A DNA stretch of 64,000 nucleotides, taken from an uncultured SAR86 cluster bacterium. GTDB taxonomy: Bacteria > Pseudomonadota > Gammaproteobacteria > Magnimaribacterales > D2472. Below the pieces are notes generated by a model. The model was not told where the DNA came from. It did not search any database and worked only from the letters and a program-made list of their open reading frames with translations. The stretch is taken from positions 6,661 to 70,660 of the forward strand of contig CACBPP010000004.1 in the NCBI GenBank assembly GCA_902541175.1. Reading direction: 5' to 3'. The position numbers and the translations under genes are program-made. Of this stretch, positions 19,374-28,467 are shown one piece after another. Positions within the stretch are counted from its first letter, which is position 1. Each line of letters begins with the position of its first letter.

Positions 19374-19384
19374 AGGAGGGAGCT

Positions 19385-19810
19385 ATGAAATTATCAAATT
19401 TAACTTTATTTTTATTTATTTTATTAAGTTTTTATGATGTTCAATCGGATGAAGTAATTTTTAACGATGCAAAGAGTGATCTTGAATTAGAATCACCTTA
19501 TATTGATGTTATTTACGATAAAGATAAAGTATCTGAAATATGTCCTAAATATTCTATTGGATGTTATTTATCAAAAGATGGAGGCTATATTTTAATTAGT
19601 GATGAAATACCATCAAATCATCACGATGTAGTTTTATACGGTCTTTATAGTGATTATTTGCAACACAATAATTCAGGACTGATTAATGATGTATTAACAT
19701 GTGACTTAAAAGTAAATTATCTTAATGAAAATCAAAAACATGAACTTGCTAGGCTATATTCTGGTCAATGTGATTCTTTATTTAGAAACAAAGTAATAGT
19801 AATGAATTAA
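19385..19810 (+). CDS. Exported hypothetical protein (4 Cys)
   Basis: Strong SD AGGAGG, signal peptide, own terminator. Confidence 0.75.
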   Translation: MKLSNLTLFLFILLSFYDVQSDEVIFNDAKSDLELESPYIDVIYDKDKVSEICPKYSIGCYLSKDGGYILISDEIPSNHHDVVLYGLYSDYLQHNNSGLINDVLTCDLKVNYLNENQKHELARLYSGQCDSLFRNKVIVMN

Positions 19811-19830
19811 AATTAAATAAAGTTTTATAC

Positions 19831-19857
19831 AAACCCAGAAATATTTCTGGGTTTTTT
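19831..19857 (+). terminator. Rho-independent terminator
   Basis: AAACCCAGAAA-TA-TTTCTGGGTTT followed by T residues. Confidence 0.8.
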
Positions 19858-19902
19858 ATTTAAACAATACAAATAATATTAAGTTTATTTATAATCTTTC
19901 TT

Positions 19903-20637
19903 ATGTATTCTCCAAAGATAATTTCATTAATTTCATTAATACTTATTTCTTGCTCTTCTGAGAATACTAAACAAATAGAGGCAAATTTATTAATAGAACC
20001 AAATTTTGAATTTTCAGCAGAATTTTTTGAATGTAAGCTCAATGATGGTTATACCTTGCTTAATCTTGAATCGTTTCTCTCAACATTAGTAAGATCAGAT
20101 TTGGAGCAAAATAATGTCAAATACGATATTAATGTCTATTTTCCAAAGCCAAATTATGTAGATCAATTTATTATTAACGTTAAAAACTACTCAGATCAGG
20201 ATATATATAACTATATTCTTGATAGATTAAGCAGAAGGGGATTTGATGAGATTGCTGGTTGTAAATTTGATAAGGAGGAGTTATTCGGACAAAGCTTATT
20301 AGCAAATGAAATTGAAATAAATAACCCTGACTATGTTTCTGAAATTTTACGTTGTGAATATAATAAGGGATATAACTTTGGAACATTTAGAATTGCAATA
20401 GAAAGATTTTCTTTGGAAATAAAATCATTAAACATATCATATGAGGCTTTGTATCTTCATAACAAGGATTATCCAAACTCTTTTATATGGATAAATAATA
20501 TTTATAAAGATAACTTTTCAAGTGAGATTAACGCAAACTGGATTAATAATCCCATTGCAGAAAATGTAAAAAAAGAGTTCCAAGAAAATGCCAAATGTAT
20601 CGATTCAAAGATATATGACGCTTTCCTTATAACTTGA
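19903..20637 (+). CDS. Hypothetical two-domain lipoprotein (family of 8578 and 20770)
   Basis: Lipobox LISC; CKLNDGY / CEYNKGY repeats; FIWIN; C-terminal Cys. Confidence 0.7.
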   Translation: MYSPKIISLISLILISCSSENTKQIEANLLIEPNFEFSAEFFECKLNDGYTLLNLESFLSTLVRSDLEQNNVKYDINVYFPKPNYVDQFIINVKNYSDQDIYNYILDRLSRRGFDEIAGCKFDKEELFGQSLLANEIEINNPDYVSEILRCEYNKGYNFGTFRIAIERFSLEIKSLNISYEALYLHNKDYPNSFIWINNIYKDNFSSEINANWINNPIAENVKKEFQENAKCIDSKIYDAFLIT

Positions 20638-20650
20638 GTATTTAAAAAAT

Positions 20651-20674
20651 AGGGAGCATATTGCTCCCTTTTTT
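20651..20674 (+). terminator. Rho-independent terminator
   Basis: AGGGAGCA-TAT-TGCTCCCT followed by a T tract. Confidence 0.8.
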
Positions 20675-20693
20675 ATTATAATTTCCCGACAAA

Positions 20694-20769
20694 GCGGGTG
20701 TGGTGTTAATGGCTAGCACAATAGCCTTCCAAGCTATTGGTACGGGTTCGAATCCCGTCACCCGCTCCA
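20694..20769 (+). tRNA. tRNA-Gly (anticodon TCC)
   Basis: Acceptor GCGGGTG/CACCCGC, anticodon arm ATAGC-CTTCCAA-GCTAT, GGTTCGAATCC, U73, CCA. Confidence 0.95.
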
Positions 20770-21516
20770 TTATCTTCTAATTGCTACTCCAGAAAAATCA
20801 ACATTGTTACATGTGAATGCTGCACCTGTTGTTGAAGGAAGATCACTATTATTATATTTGTTTTGTGCAATTTCTTTTTCAGTACTATTGGCCCATAAAT
20901 TTAACCAAACAAAGTCTGGTGCTGGATCCGCTGGTTCAAATTTTGGGTCTAAAAGGCCATACCAATATGAATCACTCCAATTTGTTGCAGCTATATCATC
21001 TCTAAAGGTATCAAGATCAGCCTCGGAGTAGCCTTCATTATAGTTACAAAAGTTAAAGCTATTAACAAATGACCCAGTAGCATTTTCAACTTTTGGATAC
21101 TGTCCTATTGTCCAACCAAAAAGATAAACATTATCTAAATCATATTGCATAATGCCATCTATCATAGTGTCCCAATTTGACTGTAAATTTGAAGTCCAAT
21201 CATTCCAACATGCATCTCGGCTGCTTTGAGAATCCCACAGCAAAACCCAAATAAAATCATATCCTTCATTCGCAACCTCGGGAGTTAAGATGTTTGCACC
21301 CGTCATTCCGCTACACATAGCATCATCTATCATGCCATTCCAGGATCTAATTAACATAGCAAGATTATCTGCTGAAAAGTCTGATCCAGCTTTATGCCAT
21401 ACATATTCTACGAGAGATGTTGGTGCTTCAGTTGTTTCACTCTGATTTTGATTATCACTTTGTGAACAAGCAGTAATTATAAATATTGAAGTAAGCAGTA
21501 AAGTAAATTTTTTCAT
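20770..21516 (-). CDS. Hypothetical two-domain lipoprotein (family of 8578 and 19903)
   Basis: Lipobox ITAC; YDFIWVLLW / PDFVWLNLW repeats; CNYNEGYS; C-terminal Cys. Confidence 0.75.
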   Translation of the reverse strand: MKKFTLLLTSIFIITACSQSDNQNQSETTEAPTSLVEYVWHKAGSDFSADNLAMLIRSWNGMIDDAMCSGMTGANILTPEVANEGYDFIWVLLWDSQSSRDACWNDWTSNLQSNWDTMIDGIMQYDLDNVYLFGWTIGQYPKVENATGSFVNSFNFCNYNEGYSEADLDTFRDDIAATNWSDSYWYGLLDPKFEPADPAPDFVWLNLWANSTEKEIAQNKYNNSDLPSTTGAAFTCNNVDFSGVAIRR

Positions 21517-21579
21517 ATTTGTTTATTTAAATTAATTTCTCTATTTATAACATATTTCTGATAATAAAAATAAAAATAT

Positions 21580-21655
21580 AAAAAAAAGCAGGCATTTTTT
21601 GCCTGCTTTTAAGACCTAGGGGATATGAACTGTGAGGATATTCAAAGGCCTTTAT
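21580..21655 (-). ncRNA. Candidate sigmaE-dependent small RNA (~75 nt)
   Basis: Lies between a sigmaE-consensus promoter and a GC hairpin with U tail (AAAAGCAGGCA/TGCCTGCTTTT). Body folds AAGGCCU/AGGUCUU and UGAA/UUCA, leaving unpaired UAUCCUCAC and UAUCCCCU. Confidence 0.6.
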
Positions 21656-21658
21656 CAA

Positions 21659-21685
21659 TATGACTAATTAATAAATGAAAAGTTC
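21659..21685 (-). promoter_or_regulatory. sigmaE (RpoE)-type promoter
   Basis: Minus strand GAACTT-N16-TCATA (gTCAtA), matching the GAACTT-N16-TCwrA consensus; overlaps the last codons of pilD. Confidence 0.6.
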
Positions 21686-22491
21686 ATTAAATTTAATACA
21701 AAATAGATCAAAGAACTAAGTATCAAAAAAGACCCGAATGGCAACTCGCCATTAACTGCCTTCTTAGAAAATATAAAATAAAGACACCCCAAAAAAGATC
21801 CTATAAACAATATTGCTGGTAATGCGATTGGACCATGGATTGAACCAATTCCTCCAAATAAGATAAAGTCTCCTCCACCAATACCATCCTTTTTCTTTAT
21901 AACTTTAAATATAAGATTTATTAACCAAAGTGAAGAGTAACCAAAAAAAAGGCCATAAAACGCAAAAGAAATTGGCCTGATGCCTAAGATCAAAAAAGTT
22001 TCATCTATGAATAATTGATATTGAGCATTAAAAGTTATTCCTAAAAGTACTATTAATAAATTTATGTATACAGGTAGATATAAATATTTATAATCAAGAA
22101 AAAATAGTATGTAGAAACAAAAAATAATTACTGTATAGACAATAGTTGATAGACCAATTCCATAGTTAGTTGTAAGTAAAATACCAATTAATAAAAAAAA
22201 TATTTCTGTAAACGGATAAAATTTTGAAATATTTGAATTACAAAACTTACATTTTCCACTTTGAATCATAAACCCAAACAAAGGTATCAAATTAATAGCA
22301 TCAATTTTTTTAGAACATGAAGGACAACAAGATCTTATTTTAGATAAAGGAAATGGGCTGTTAGGAGCAAGCCTAAAAATTATTGACGAACAGAAACTGC
22401 CAATCGATAAAAAAAATATTGAAATTATTATTAAATCAATAATTGAAAAAGAACTTAGACTTATAAAAACTGGATTATAGATATTAATCAA
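21664..22491 (-). CDS. pilD: Prepilin peptidase (A24, PilD/GspO)
   Basis: IGSFCS..IFRL, RSCCPSC...GKCKFC Zn motif, catalytic FLD and GGGD. Confidence 0.9.
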   Translation of the reverse strand: MINIYNPVFISLSSFSIIDLIIISIFFLSIGSFCSSIIFRLAPNSPFPLSKIRSCCPSCSKKIDAINLIPLFGFMIQSGKCKFCNSNISKFYPFTEIFFLLIGILLTTNYGIGLSTIVYTVIIFCFYILFFLDYKYLYLPVYINLLIVLLGITFNAQYQLFIDETFLILGIRPISFAFYGLFFGYSSLWLINLIFKVIKKKDGIGGGDFILFGGIGSIHGPIALPAILFIGSFLGCLYFIFSKKAVNGELPFGSFLILSSLIYFVLNLMNFSFIN

Positions 22492-22494
22492 TTT

Positions 22495-22581
22495 CTACTT
22501 TTTTGTAATATAAAAACAAAATGTTAAAAGGAATAAAACAGGCAATGCATAAGCACCAATTATCAACAATTTATCAATCAC
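22495..22581 (-). CDS. Small membrane protein, 28 aa (not in ORF track)
   Basis: GTG start overlapping the ggt stop, SD AGGGA; MIDKLLIIGAYALPVLFLLTFCFYITKK; fills the ggt-pilD gap. Confidence 0.5.
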   Translation of the reverse strand: MIDKLLIIGAYALPVLFLLTFCFYITKK

Positions 22582-24319
22582 TTATATTCCCTGAAGCTAA
22601 TGCATCCACTCGTCTAAAATCTCCATATCCATAATAAATACCATCTTTAAACATTATAGTTTGAAGACAAGTCAATGGTAGCTTTGATTCAGTTTTATAC
22701 CCCATCTTTTTTAGGTTTTTCTCAATTGAACTATCTAATGTAAATTCGTATTCAAGAATATCTGGATACCACTGATGATGTATTCTTTTTGCTGCAGTTG
22801 TATCTTCTAAGTCCATATCAAAATCTATAATGTTTAAAATTGATTGCAATACTGCTGATATTATCCTTGCTCCTCCTGGACTTCCAGTCGTAAAAAATAA
22901 TTCCTTATCTTTTAGAACTATTGTTGGAGTCATTGAACTCAAAGGTCTCTTAAATGGAATTATTTCATTAGCTTCTGCTCCTAGTAAATTAAATTGATTT
23001 GGTATTCCTGGGGCTGCAGAAAAATCATCCATTTCGTTATTCATTAATATTCCAGTTCCTTCAATAACAACCTTTGAACCAAATGTAGAATTTAAAGTGT
23101 ATGTCATAGAAATCACATTACCTGTTTTATCTACTACAGAAAAATGAGTTGTTTCATGACTTTCACCATCCATATATTTTCCAGGATTGATTTCATTAAC
23201 AGGTGTCAATTTTCCAATTTGAATATTTTTATTGATGTCATTAGCATATTTTTTACTGGTTATTTTTTTAATAGGAACATCATAAAAATCCGGGTCACCT
23301 AAATATTTTGATCTGTCCGCATATGCAAATTTCATTACTTCAGTCAATAAATTTATATACTCTAGTGAGTTATGACCAATTTTTTTTATGTCATAATTTT
23401 CAAGTATGTTTAGCATTTGTATTACGTGAAGACCTCCTGAGGAGGGTGGTCCCATAGTAATAATCTCAGTATCTCTATAATTTGAGATTAACGGCTCTCT
23501 CCAAACTGGAGAGTAATTTTTTAGATCTGATTTTGAAATAAGACCATTATTTTTTTTAATTTCACTAGATATCTTCTCAGCAATTTCACCTTCGTAAAAT
23601 CCTTTCCTTCCCTTAGATGCAATTATTTTAAGAGTATTTGCTAAATCCTTTTGAACAAGAGTTTTATTTTTGAAATTAGGATAATGTAATTGAAATATTT
23701 CTTTAGTTTCTGAAAATAAAGATAGGGATTCACTATATCTTAATAATATATCTGCTAGAAATGGAGTTATTTCAAACCCATTTTCTGCATAATAAATAGC
23801 ATCTTCGATTAATTCATCCCATGGCAATGAACCAAATTTTTGATGAACCTCCCATAAACCGGCCACTGTTCCTGGAACGCCAATTGCTAAATAACCAACT
23901 GTAGATAGGTTTTTATCATTAAAAGAACCATCTTTATTTAAATACATATCTTTTGTTGATAGTTCAGGAGCTTTTTCTCTAAAGTCTATGGTGTAAGGCT
24001 GTTCTGTTTCTTTATCATAAACCACCATAAATCCGCCTCCACCAATATTGCCTGCTCTTGGCAAAACTACTGCAAGTGTGAAAGCAACCGCAATAGATGC
24101 ATCATATGCATTACCTCCTCGATTTAGAATTTTCTCTCCAACTTGAGTAGCCAAGAAATGCTGAGTTGTTATCATTCCGTTTTTACTAGAGGCTATCTCT
24201 TTTTGAGCAGGTTCGTAACCTAAGGAATTAAGGTAAGCTATAGGCTCTATTGCATAAAGGTATGTTGATGCAATAACAGCAACAACAAGCGAAATATTTT
24301 TATTATTTAAAACTTTCAT
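22574..24319 (-). CDS. ggt: Gamma-glutamyltransferase
   Basis: GGNAYDA, GNIGGGGF, PPSSGG, autocleavage ETTHFS, NNEMDDF, RPLSSMTP, GSPGG. Start reassigned to ATG 24319 (signal peptide follows). Confidence 0.95.
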   Translation of the reverse strand: MKVLNNKNISLVVAVIASTYLYAIEPIAYLNSLGYEPAQKEIASSKNGMITTQHFLATQVGEKILNRGGNAYDASIAVAFTLAVVLPRAGNIGGGGFMVVYDKETEQPYTIDFREKAPELSTKDMYLNKDGSFNDKNLSTVGYLAIGVPGTVAGLWEVHQKFGSLPWDELIEDAIYYAENGFEITPFLADILLRYSESLSLFSETKEIFQLHYPNFKNKTLVQKDLANTLKIIASKGRKGFYEGEIAEKISSEIKKNNGLISKSDLKNYSPVWREPLISNYRDTEIITMGPPSSGGLHVIQMLNILENYDIKKIGHNSLEYINLLTEVMKFAYADRSKYLGDPDFYDVPIKKITSKKYANDINKNIQIGKLTPVNEINPGKYMDGESHETTHFSVVDKTGNVISMTYTLNSTFGSKVVIEGTGILMNNEMDDFSAAPGIPNQFNLLGAEANEIIPFKRPLSSMTPTIVLKDKELFFTTGSPGGARIISAVLQSILNIIDFDMDLEDTTAAKRIHHQWYPDILEYEFTLDSSIEKNLKKMGYKTESKLPLTCLQTIMFKDGIYYGYGDFRRVDALASGNISD

Positions 24320-25922
24320 TAGCAATATTTTTGGCCCATTTATAATTTGCCTTGCCATTCGGAGCACGCTCAACTTGTTCCACAAATATTACTTTCTTAG
24401 GTAGTTTATAGCCAGCAATATATGATCTGGTTGCATCTACTAGCGAATCTTCATTAATATCTTTATTTTTTTCAAGAGAGACAACAGCTACCACTTTTTG
24501 ACCAAATTTTTCGTCATCAACTCCAACAACAAGACAATCAAAGACTTCATCATTTCTTTTAATAGCTTCTTCTACTTCTTCGGGATATATTTTCTCTCCT
24601 GCAGAATTTATACAATTACTTCCTCGTCCTAGAAGAGTTATTGTTCCATCTTCTTCAAGTTTGGCATAATCACCAGGAAAGCTATATCTAACTCCGTTTA
24701 CTTCTCTAAATGTTTCTGCAGATTTTTTTTCATCTTTATAATAACCAACTGGAACAAGACCACTTGTTCCAATTAGACCAATTTTTTCTGAACCTGGCTG
24801 TAGAATTTCACCATCATCAGCAATTATTATTACACCTGGGTTTATTGAAAATTTTGCAGTCTTTGGAGGGTTGTCTCTTGTAGATACCGAACTACCCATG
24901 CCTCCTTCTGTTGATCCCATGGTATCCATCAACATCATATCATGATGCCTTAAAAGACCATTCTTAATTTCTTCGCTCCACATAACACCACTAGAAATAA
25001 TAACTTTAACACTACTTAAATCATATGGCTTTCCGCTTTCTTCTGCTCTATCCAAAGCATCTAACATTGGTTTTGCAAATGCATCACCAACAATAACAAT
25101 ATTTGTAGTTCCTGTATCTTCAACTTGTGTCCACATTTGATCCGGATCAAATCCTAAATTACGGGATGTAACTGCTGTACCACCAAGAAGAAGAGGTAAA
25201 AAAGCGCCAAGCCACATTCCTGTTCCATGCATAAGCGGACACCCAATCAAACTTTTTATGAATGTATTGTCTTTTTTAAAGTTATGTATTTGTTCCTCTA
25301 GATTATTTATATCTTCTGGAACGTCATAACCCATTGCTTTCAATGTTCTAAAAAGAAAAACCAAGAATTCGCCTTGTTTATACATTACTCCTTTTGGCAT
25401 TCCAGTTGTTCCGCCTGTATAGAGCATATAAATGGTATTTGGATCTCTATGAATTCTTTCCATAGGATCACAGCTATCAAGAAGCTCTTCAAACTTTAGT
25501 GAGTCTTCAAATTCTGATTTAGTACCATCAGCAATTTCAATCCAGGCTTTAATATTAGGAAGCGAGCCTGAAATCTCTTTAATTCTGCTGCTGTAACATG
25601 CATGATAAAAGACAGCCTCTGAATCAGAGTTATCTAGAAGATAAATTAACTCTTCAGCAACATACCTATAGTTAACATTAATAGGGACACCACCAATCTT
25701 GAAAATTGCATTTTGACCGATAAGATATTCATTTGAATTATTTAGATAAAGTCCAGCCTTTGAATTTGGACCTAATCCTGCATTTTTTAATGCTGTTGCA
25801 ATCTTACTCGATTGAAAATCATAATCTTTCCAAGAAATAATTTCGTCACCACATATCAAGGCGTCATTTTCAGGAACGATATCTGAAATCATCTCCCAGA
25901 CTGATGCAAAGTCTAAATTCAT
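24303..25922 (-). CDS. Acyl-CoA synthetase (AMP-binding, FadD19-like)
   Basis: YTGGTTGMPKG, PLMHGTG, GSTEG, PGD, GRGSNCINSAGEKIYPEEVE, NGK. Confidence 0.9.
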   Translation of the reverse strand: MNLDFASVWEMISDIVPENDALICGDEIISWKDYDFQSSKIATALKNAGLGPNSKAGLYLNNSNEYLIGQNAIFKIGGVPINVNYRYVAEELIYLLDNSDSEAVFYHACYSSRIKEISGSLPNIKAWIEIADGTKSEFEDSLKFEELLDSCDPMERIHRDPNTIYMLYTGGTTGMPKGVMYKQGEFLVFLFRTLKAMGYDVPEDINNLEEQIHNFKKDNTFIKSLIGCPLMHGTGMWLGAFLPLLLGGTAVTSRNLGFDPDQMWTQVEDTGTTNIVIVGDAFAKPMLDALDRAEESGKPYDLSSVKVIISSGVMWSEEIKNGLLRHHDMMLMDTMGSTEGGMGSSVSTRDNPPKTAKFSINPGVIIIADDGEILQPGSEKIGLIGTSGLVPVGYYKDEKKSAETFREVNGVRYSFPGDYAKLEEDGTITLLGRGSNCINSAGEKIYPEEVEEAIKRNDEVFDCLVVGVDDEKFGQKVVAVVSLEKNKDINEDSLVDATRSYIAGYKLPKKVIFVEQVERAPNGKANYKWAKNIANESFK

Positions 25923-26023
25923 TTCATTCTCCTCTATAAAGCTAATGTTTTAATATGCTATATATTAAATATAGTATCGTTATAGTAATATTTATAAAAG
26001 TAAAATAATATCCATCACATAAA

Positions 26024-27706
26024 ATGACAGATTCAAATCAATTATTCAATGAAATCGTATCTGAATTAACCAAACCTGGCCAAATTTTTGAAACACGAGA
26101 AATTAAGCATGAAAACGGTAATTCTTTCAGCGAATATGTAACTTTTCCTGATAATTTGAAAGGGTATTTTGACTTCGGTTTACTTCATGCAGATAAAGAT
26201 TTTTTAGTTTATGAGTCGGAGAGACATACTTTTAAAGAAACAATCTCAAAGGCAGCTCAAGTTGGAAACGCTCTTATCGAAGAGGGGATTCAAAAAGGGG
26301 ACAGAGTTGCAATATGTATGCAAAACAATCCAGAGTTTATTTTTGCATATATGGGCATTGTTGGAATAGGCGCAGTTTGTGTTCCATTAAATTCTTGGTG
26401 GGTTCCTGATGAAATAATTTACGCAATGGAGCATTGCGATGCAAAAGTTTTATTTGGAGATCAAAAAAGATTAAAAGGACTTGAATCTTTAACAAATGTA
26501 AAGAAAATCATAACCACCTACACGCCTGATGATAGCTTCGAATCATTTGATGATTTTACAAAAAATCACTCTGAAGAATGGCCCGATATTGATATTAATA
26601 GAGATGACCATGCAATAATTTACTATACTTCTGGATCAACCGGGAAGCCAAAAGGAGTCTTATCGTCACAACGTGGAGTTATATCTTCCATGTTTAGTTG
26701 GGCATTTATTTCAACTGTTTTAAGTCAAAGAGAAGCAAGACTTGGTAAAGACGCCACTCCATTGGCAAGTTCAGAATCTTCAATTCTATTATGCGTTCCT
26801 TTATTTCATGCCACTGGAAGTCATGTTGCATTTCTAATGTCTATTTTGGTTGGGAGAAAGGTTGTTATGATGAAAAAATGGGACGCTGGTGATGCAATTA
26901 GACTAATTAGTGAAGAAAAAGTATCGGATATAACTGGAGTTCCCACGCAAACTTGGGAGTTATTGAATCATCCAGATAGAGATAAATATGATCTTTCCTC
27001 TTTAAAAGTATTAGGTGGAGGAGGTGGTCCAAGGCCAGCAGAGCATGTAAAACTTTTAGATGAGAATTTTAAAGGAAGGCCTGGTATTGGATACGGATTA
27101 ACAGAAACAAATGCATTAGGAACACTTGCAAGCGGCGATGAATATATTCAAAATCCATCTTCTGCTGGCAGAGTTGTTCCACCATTAACAGAAATAAAAA
27201 TAATTGACTCGAATTGGAATGAATTACCTGAAGGTGAAATCGGTGAAGTTGCAATTAAATCTCAATCAAATATGTTGGGATATTGGAAAAATGAAGATGC
27301 GACAAAAGAATGTATGAACAATGAAGGATGGTTTAAATCAGGAGATATGGGTAAATTTGATGGTCCTTTTTTATACATCGTGGACAGAATTAAAGATATG
27401 GTAATTAGAGGTGGTGAAAATATTGCATGCCCTGAAGTTGAAAATGCTATATATGAACATCCAGATGTTCTTGAAGCATCAGTTTTTGGAATTCCTGATG
27501 AAAGACTGGGAGAAATTTTATGCTCAGCAGTAGTCTTAAGAGAAGGATCTAATCTAAATAAAGATGATTTAGTAAAGTTTTTATCTGACAAATTGGCAGC
27601 ATTTAAAATTCCAGCTTTAATTAAATTTATGGACTCAAATCTTCCTCTTGTAGCATCTGGGAAATTTGACAAGCCAGCTCTAAGAGAAATTTTTACTCAA
27701 GAGTAA
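26024..27706 (+). CDS. Long-chain fatty-acid-CoA ligase
   Basis: YTSGSTGKPKG, PLFH, GYGLTET, SGD, DRIKDMVIRGGENI, SGK. Confidence 0.92.
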   Translation: MTDSNQLFNEIVSELTKPGQIFETREIKHENGNSFSEYVTFPDNLKGYFDFGLLHADKDFLVYESERHTFKETISKAAQVGNALIEEGIQKGDRVAICMQNNPEFIFAYMGIVGIGAVCVPLNSWWVPDEIIYAMEHCDAKVLFGDQKRLKGLESLTNVKKIITTYTPDDSFESFDDFTKNHSEEWPDIDINRDDHAIIYYTSGSTGKPKGVLSSQRGVISSMFSWAFISTVLSQREARLGKDATPLASSESSILLCVPLFHATGSHVAFLMSILVGRKVVMMKKWDAGDAIRLISEEKVSDITGVPTQTWELLNHPDRDKYDLSSLKVLGGGGGPRPAEHVKLLDENFKGRPGIGYGLTETNALGTLASGDEYIQNPSSAGRVVPPLTEIKIIDSNWNELPEGEIGEVAIKSQSNMLGYWKNEDATKECMNNEGWFKSGDMGKFDGPFLYIVDRIKDMVIRGGENIACPEVENAIYEHPDVLEASVFGIPDERLGEILCSAVVLREGSNLNKDDLVKFLSDKLAAFKIPALIKFMDSNLPLVASGKFDKPALREIFTQE

Positions 27707-27776
27707 ATTATTTTTATTTTTTACTTTCAAAATATCAAAAAAAAAGTAAAAATACATTTTAAATATTGGGGTAACT

Positions 27777-28463
27777 GTGAATATATTAGTTATTGAAGAT
27801 GAGCCAGATATAAGAAAAAATCTGGAATATAATCTCTCAAGAGAAAACTATACTGTGACAAGTGCATCTTCATTATCTGAGGCACAATCTGTTTTAAATT
27901 CAAATAAGTATTCTTTGATTCTTTTAGATCTTATGTTGCCTGATGGTTCAGGTTTAGATTTGTGTAAAAAAATGAAATCTAATCCTGAGACAGAAACCAT
28001 TCCAATAATTATCCTAACCGCTAAAGACGATGAGGTTGATAAAGTGGTTGGTTTTGAATTAGGGGCTGATGATTATGTAACTAAACCTTTTAGTGTTCGA
28101 GAATTAATTTTAAGAATTAAAGCCATTTTAAAAAGAGGTCAAAAAAAAGAAGATGTTTTAGAGGTTGGGCGTCAATTTGGTGATCTAAGTATTGATGTTG
28201 AATCTCACGAAGTTCAAGTTAACAATGATCAAATAGATTTAACAGCTTTAGAATTTAGATTGTTGAGACAACTTGTTGATAGAAGAGGAAGAGTTCAATC
28301 TAGAGATCAGTTGCTCAGTGACGTTTGGGGTTACAGCTCTGAAGTTACAACAAGGACTGTTGATACTCACATAAAACGCCTTAGAGAAAAACTTGGGCCA
28401 ATGGGTAAATATGTTCAAACTATTAGAGGCGTTGGCTATAAATTCTCTAGATCACCGGATTAG
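27777..28463 (+). CDS. phoB: OmpR-family response regulator, PhoB/PhoP type
   Basis: IEDE, LDLMLP, GADDYVTKPFS, RTVDTHIKRLREKL, TIRGVGY; context of phosphate genes. Confidence 0.85.
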   Translation: MNILVIEDEPDIRKNLEYNLSRENYTVTSASSLSEAQSVLNSNKYSLILLDLMLPDGSGLDLCKKMKSNPETETIPIIILTAKDDEVDKVVGFELGADDYVTKPFSVRELILRIKAILKRGQKKEDVLEVGRQFGDLSIDVESHEVQVNNDQIDLTALEFRLLRQLVDRRGRVQSRDQLLSDVWGYSSEVTTRTVDTHIKRLREKLGPMGKYVQTIRGVGYKFSRSPD

Positions 28464-28467
28464 ATAG

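Noticed and set aside
7491-20674. AGGGAG...CTCCCT hairpins as REP/MITE elements or CRISPR repeats
   Set aside because: Single copies directly after stop codons with T tails, so they are terminators; no spacers or cas genes.
6608-20769. Genomic island or prophage bounded by the two tRNA-Gly genes
   Set aside because: No integrase, no duplicated tRNA 3' end (att site) seen, and the cargo includes housekeeping genes (pyk, glk, rpmG).
21625-21663. 12-aa plus-strand ORF MNCEDIQRPLSI after AGGGGA
   Set aside because: SD-ATG spacing is only ~1-2 nt. The purine run is better explained as the complement of the minus-strand sRNA seed.
24320-24385. Extended N-terminus of ggt (likewise the longer starts given for gspH, gspM and hinT)
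   Set aside because: Long overlaps with upstream genes; downstream ATGs give proper signal peptides or family N-termini.
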